Origin: Chiloscyllium plagiosum
Lineage: Eukaryota
Reading direction: 5' to 3'
Assembly (NCBI RefSeq): GCF_004010195.1
Contig: NC_057753.1
Coordinates: forward strand, 7,374,130 to 7,438,129
Length of the DNA stretch: 64,000 nt
Notes under the pieces: model-generated
Told to the model about the DNA's origin: nothing
The model's database searches: none
The model's input: only the letters and a program-made list of their open reading frames with translations
Program-made: the position numbers and the translations under genes
Shown: positions 62,937 to 64,000 of the stretch, piece after piece
Layout: every line of letters begins with the position of its first letter
Numbering within the stretch: the first letter of the stretch is position 1

Positions 62937-63050
62937 GGGCCGAGTGCTGGCAGGTGGAACTAGATTGGGTTGGGATATCTGATCGGCATGGACGGGTTGG
63001 ACTGAAGGGTCTGTTTCCGTGCTGTACATCTCTATGACTCTATGACTCTA
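62937..63050 (+). mobile_element. Very short CR1 3' end
   Basis: gggccgagtgctggcagg..ctgtacatctctatgactctatgactcta. Confidence 0.85.
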
Positions 63051-64000
63051 AACAGAGAGGGGGGGGGAGTCAGAGGTATAGAGCAGATAGGAACAGAGAC
63101 AGTATGAAAAACAAAATATGGGAGAAAGAAGAGCACATAGAGAGACATAGAGAGGGGAAGAGTGAAAGAGAGAGGCGAGCATTGAAGGAGAGAGAGAGAG
63201 AAGGGAGGACTGAAAGAGACGGAGAAAGAGTGAGAGACCTAGAAGATGAATTACTTACATTTAATGTAAACAGCGATGCAGTCCCAGATGCAGTGGGTGA
63301 CGGGCTCTGAATGGGACGAGGAAAGAGAGAGAGGGGCGCTGTCACTCGTCTTTGATGTGTGTCCCACCACCAGCAGCTCCCTGCTGCCACCCCACACAAT
63401 AAGACAGAGAAGCAGCTGGAAATATCAGGGTCCACAATGAAGGAGGGAGGAAGAGATAATGGCTCTGGCAGTGATTCACTACGGTCGAATAACACCAGTG
63501 CAGAAAGAAAACACTGCGGGGTTGGGGCGGAGTGTAGTCAGAAAGCATTTGCCCCTTGATCATTTGGGTTCCATGATCTGGAGCAAGATGGGAGTTGATA
63601 TCCGGGAAGTTGATGGTAAATTGGGAAGTTTTCAGAAGTGATTGGATCTTACAGTGCATTTCTTTTGTCATTTTCTCAAGGGAGAAAAAAATCTTGACTT
63701 TTTTTCATCTCTGTTCCCGTGGACTGATTGATGAGGAGGGAGTGAAATGTGGACATGGACAGCGAGAGGGAGAAAGGCACAAAACTCTGGGGGTGGGATG
63801 TTGGAGTGGGGTCATCTATGCCCAGTCTGTGACTTAAAGCAACCACATCCCAACACATACTCAAACAGAAAACTGGGCTGCACACCAAAGAGTTTTCACA
63901 CCTACCTATTATCGATTTCTAAGGTTTTAATAACAGGTGCTATGCAGGGAAAAGGATAGCGTTGTGGAAATTCAAGACAGCAAAGGGATGCTATGCTTTT

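Overview
Vertebrate genomic DNA, most likely from a cartilaginous fish (shark). This is inferred from HE1/V-SINE-type tRNA SINEs, HER1/CR1-type LINEs and a GPR139-like GPCR of the type expanded in sharks. The window is about 80% transposon-derived by eye. It contains CR1 LINEs (two near full length with an SGNH-esterase ORF1), at least three Penelope-like (GIY-YIG) families with inverted pseudo-LTRs and minimal hammerhead-ribozyme motifs, five tRNA SINEs, a young CpG-rich solo LTR with a 3x119-bp U3 repeat, and a ~60-bp TG-rich satellite. Host genes: a birth-and-death cluster of KRAB-less C2H2 zinc-finger exons (one intact 12-finger ORF, one 7-finger ORF with no ATG, four or more pseudogenes) and a two-exon GPR139-like GPCR with a single frameshift. 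There are two assembly gaps. No clearly new biological system is demonstrable. The best leads are the Penelope hammerhead/hairpin elements, the ATG-less zinc-finger ORF, an unexplained 95-nt near-perfect hairpin, and the solo LTR lacking a TSD. Repeat boundaries are approximate (read by eye).
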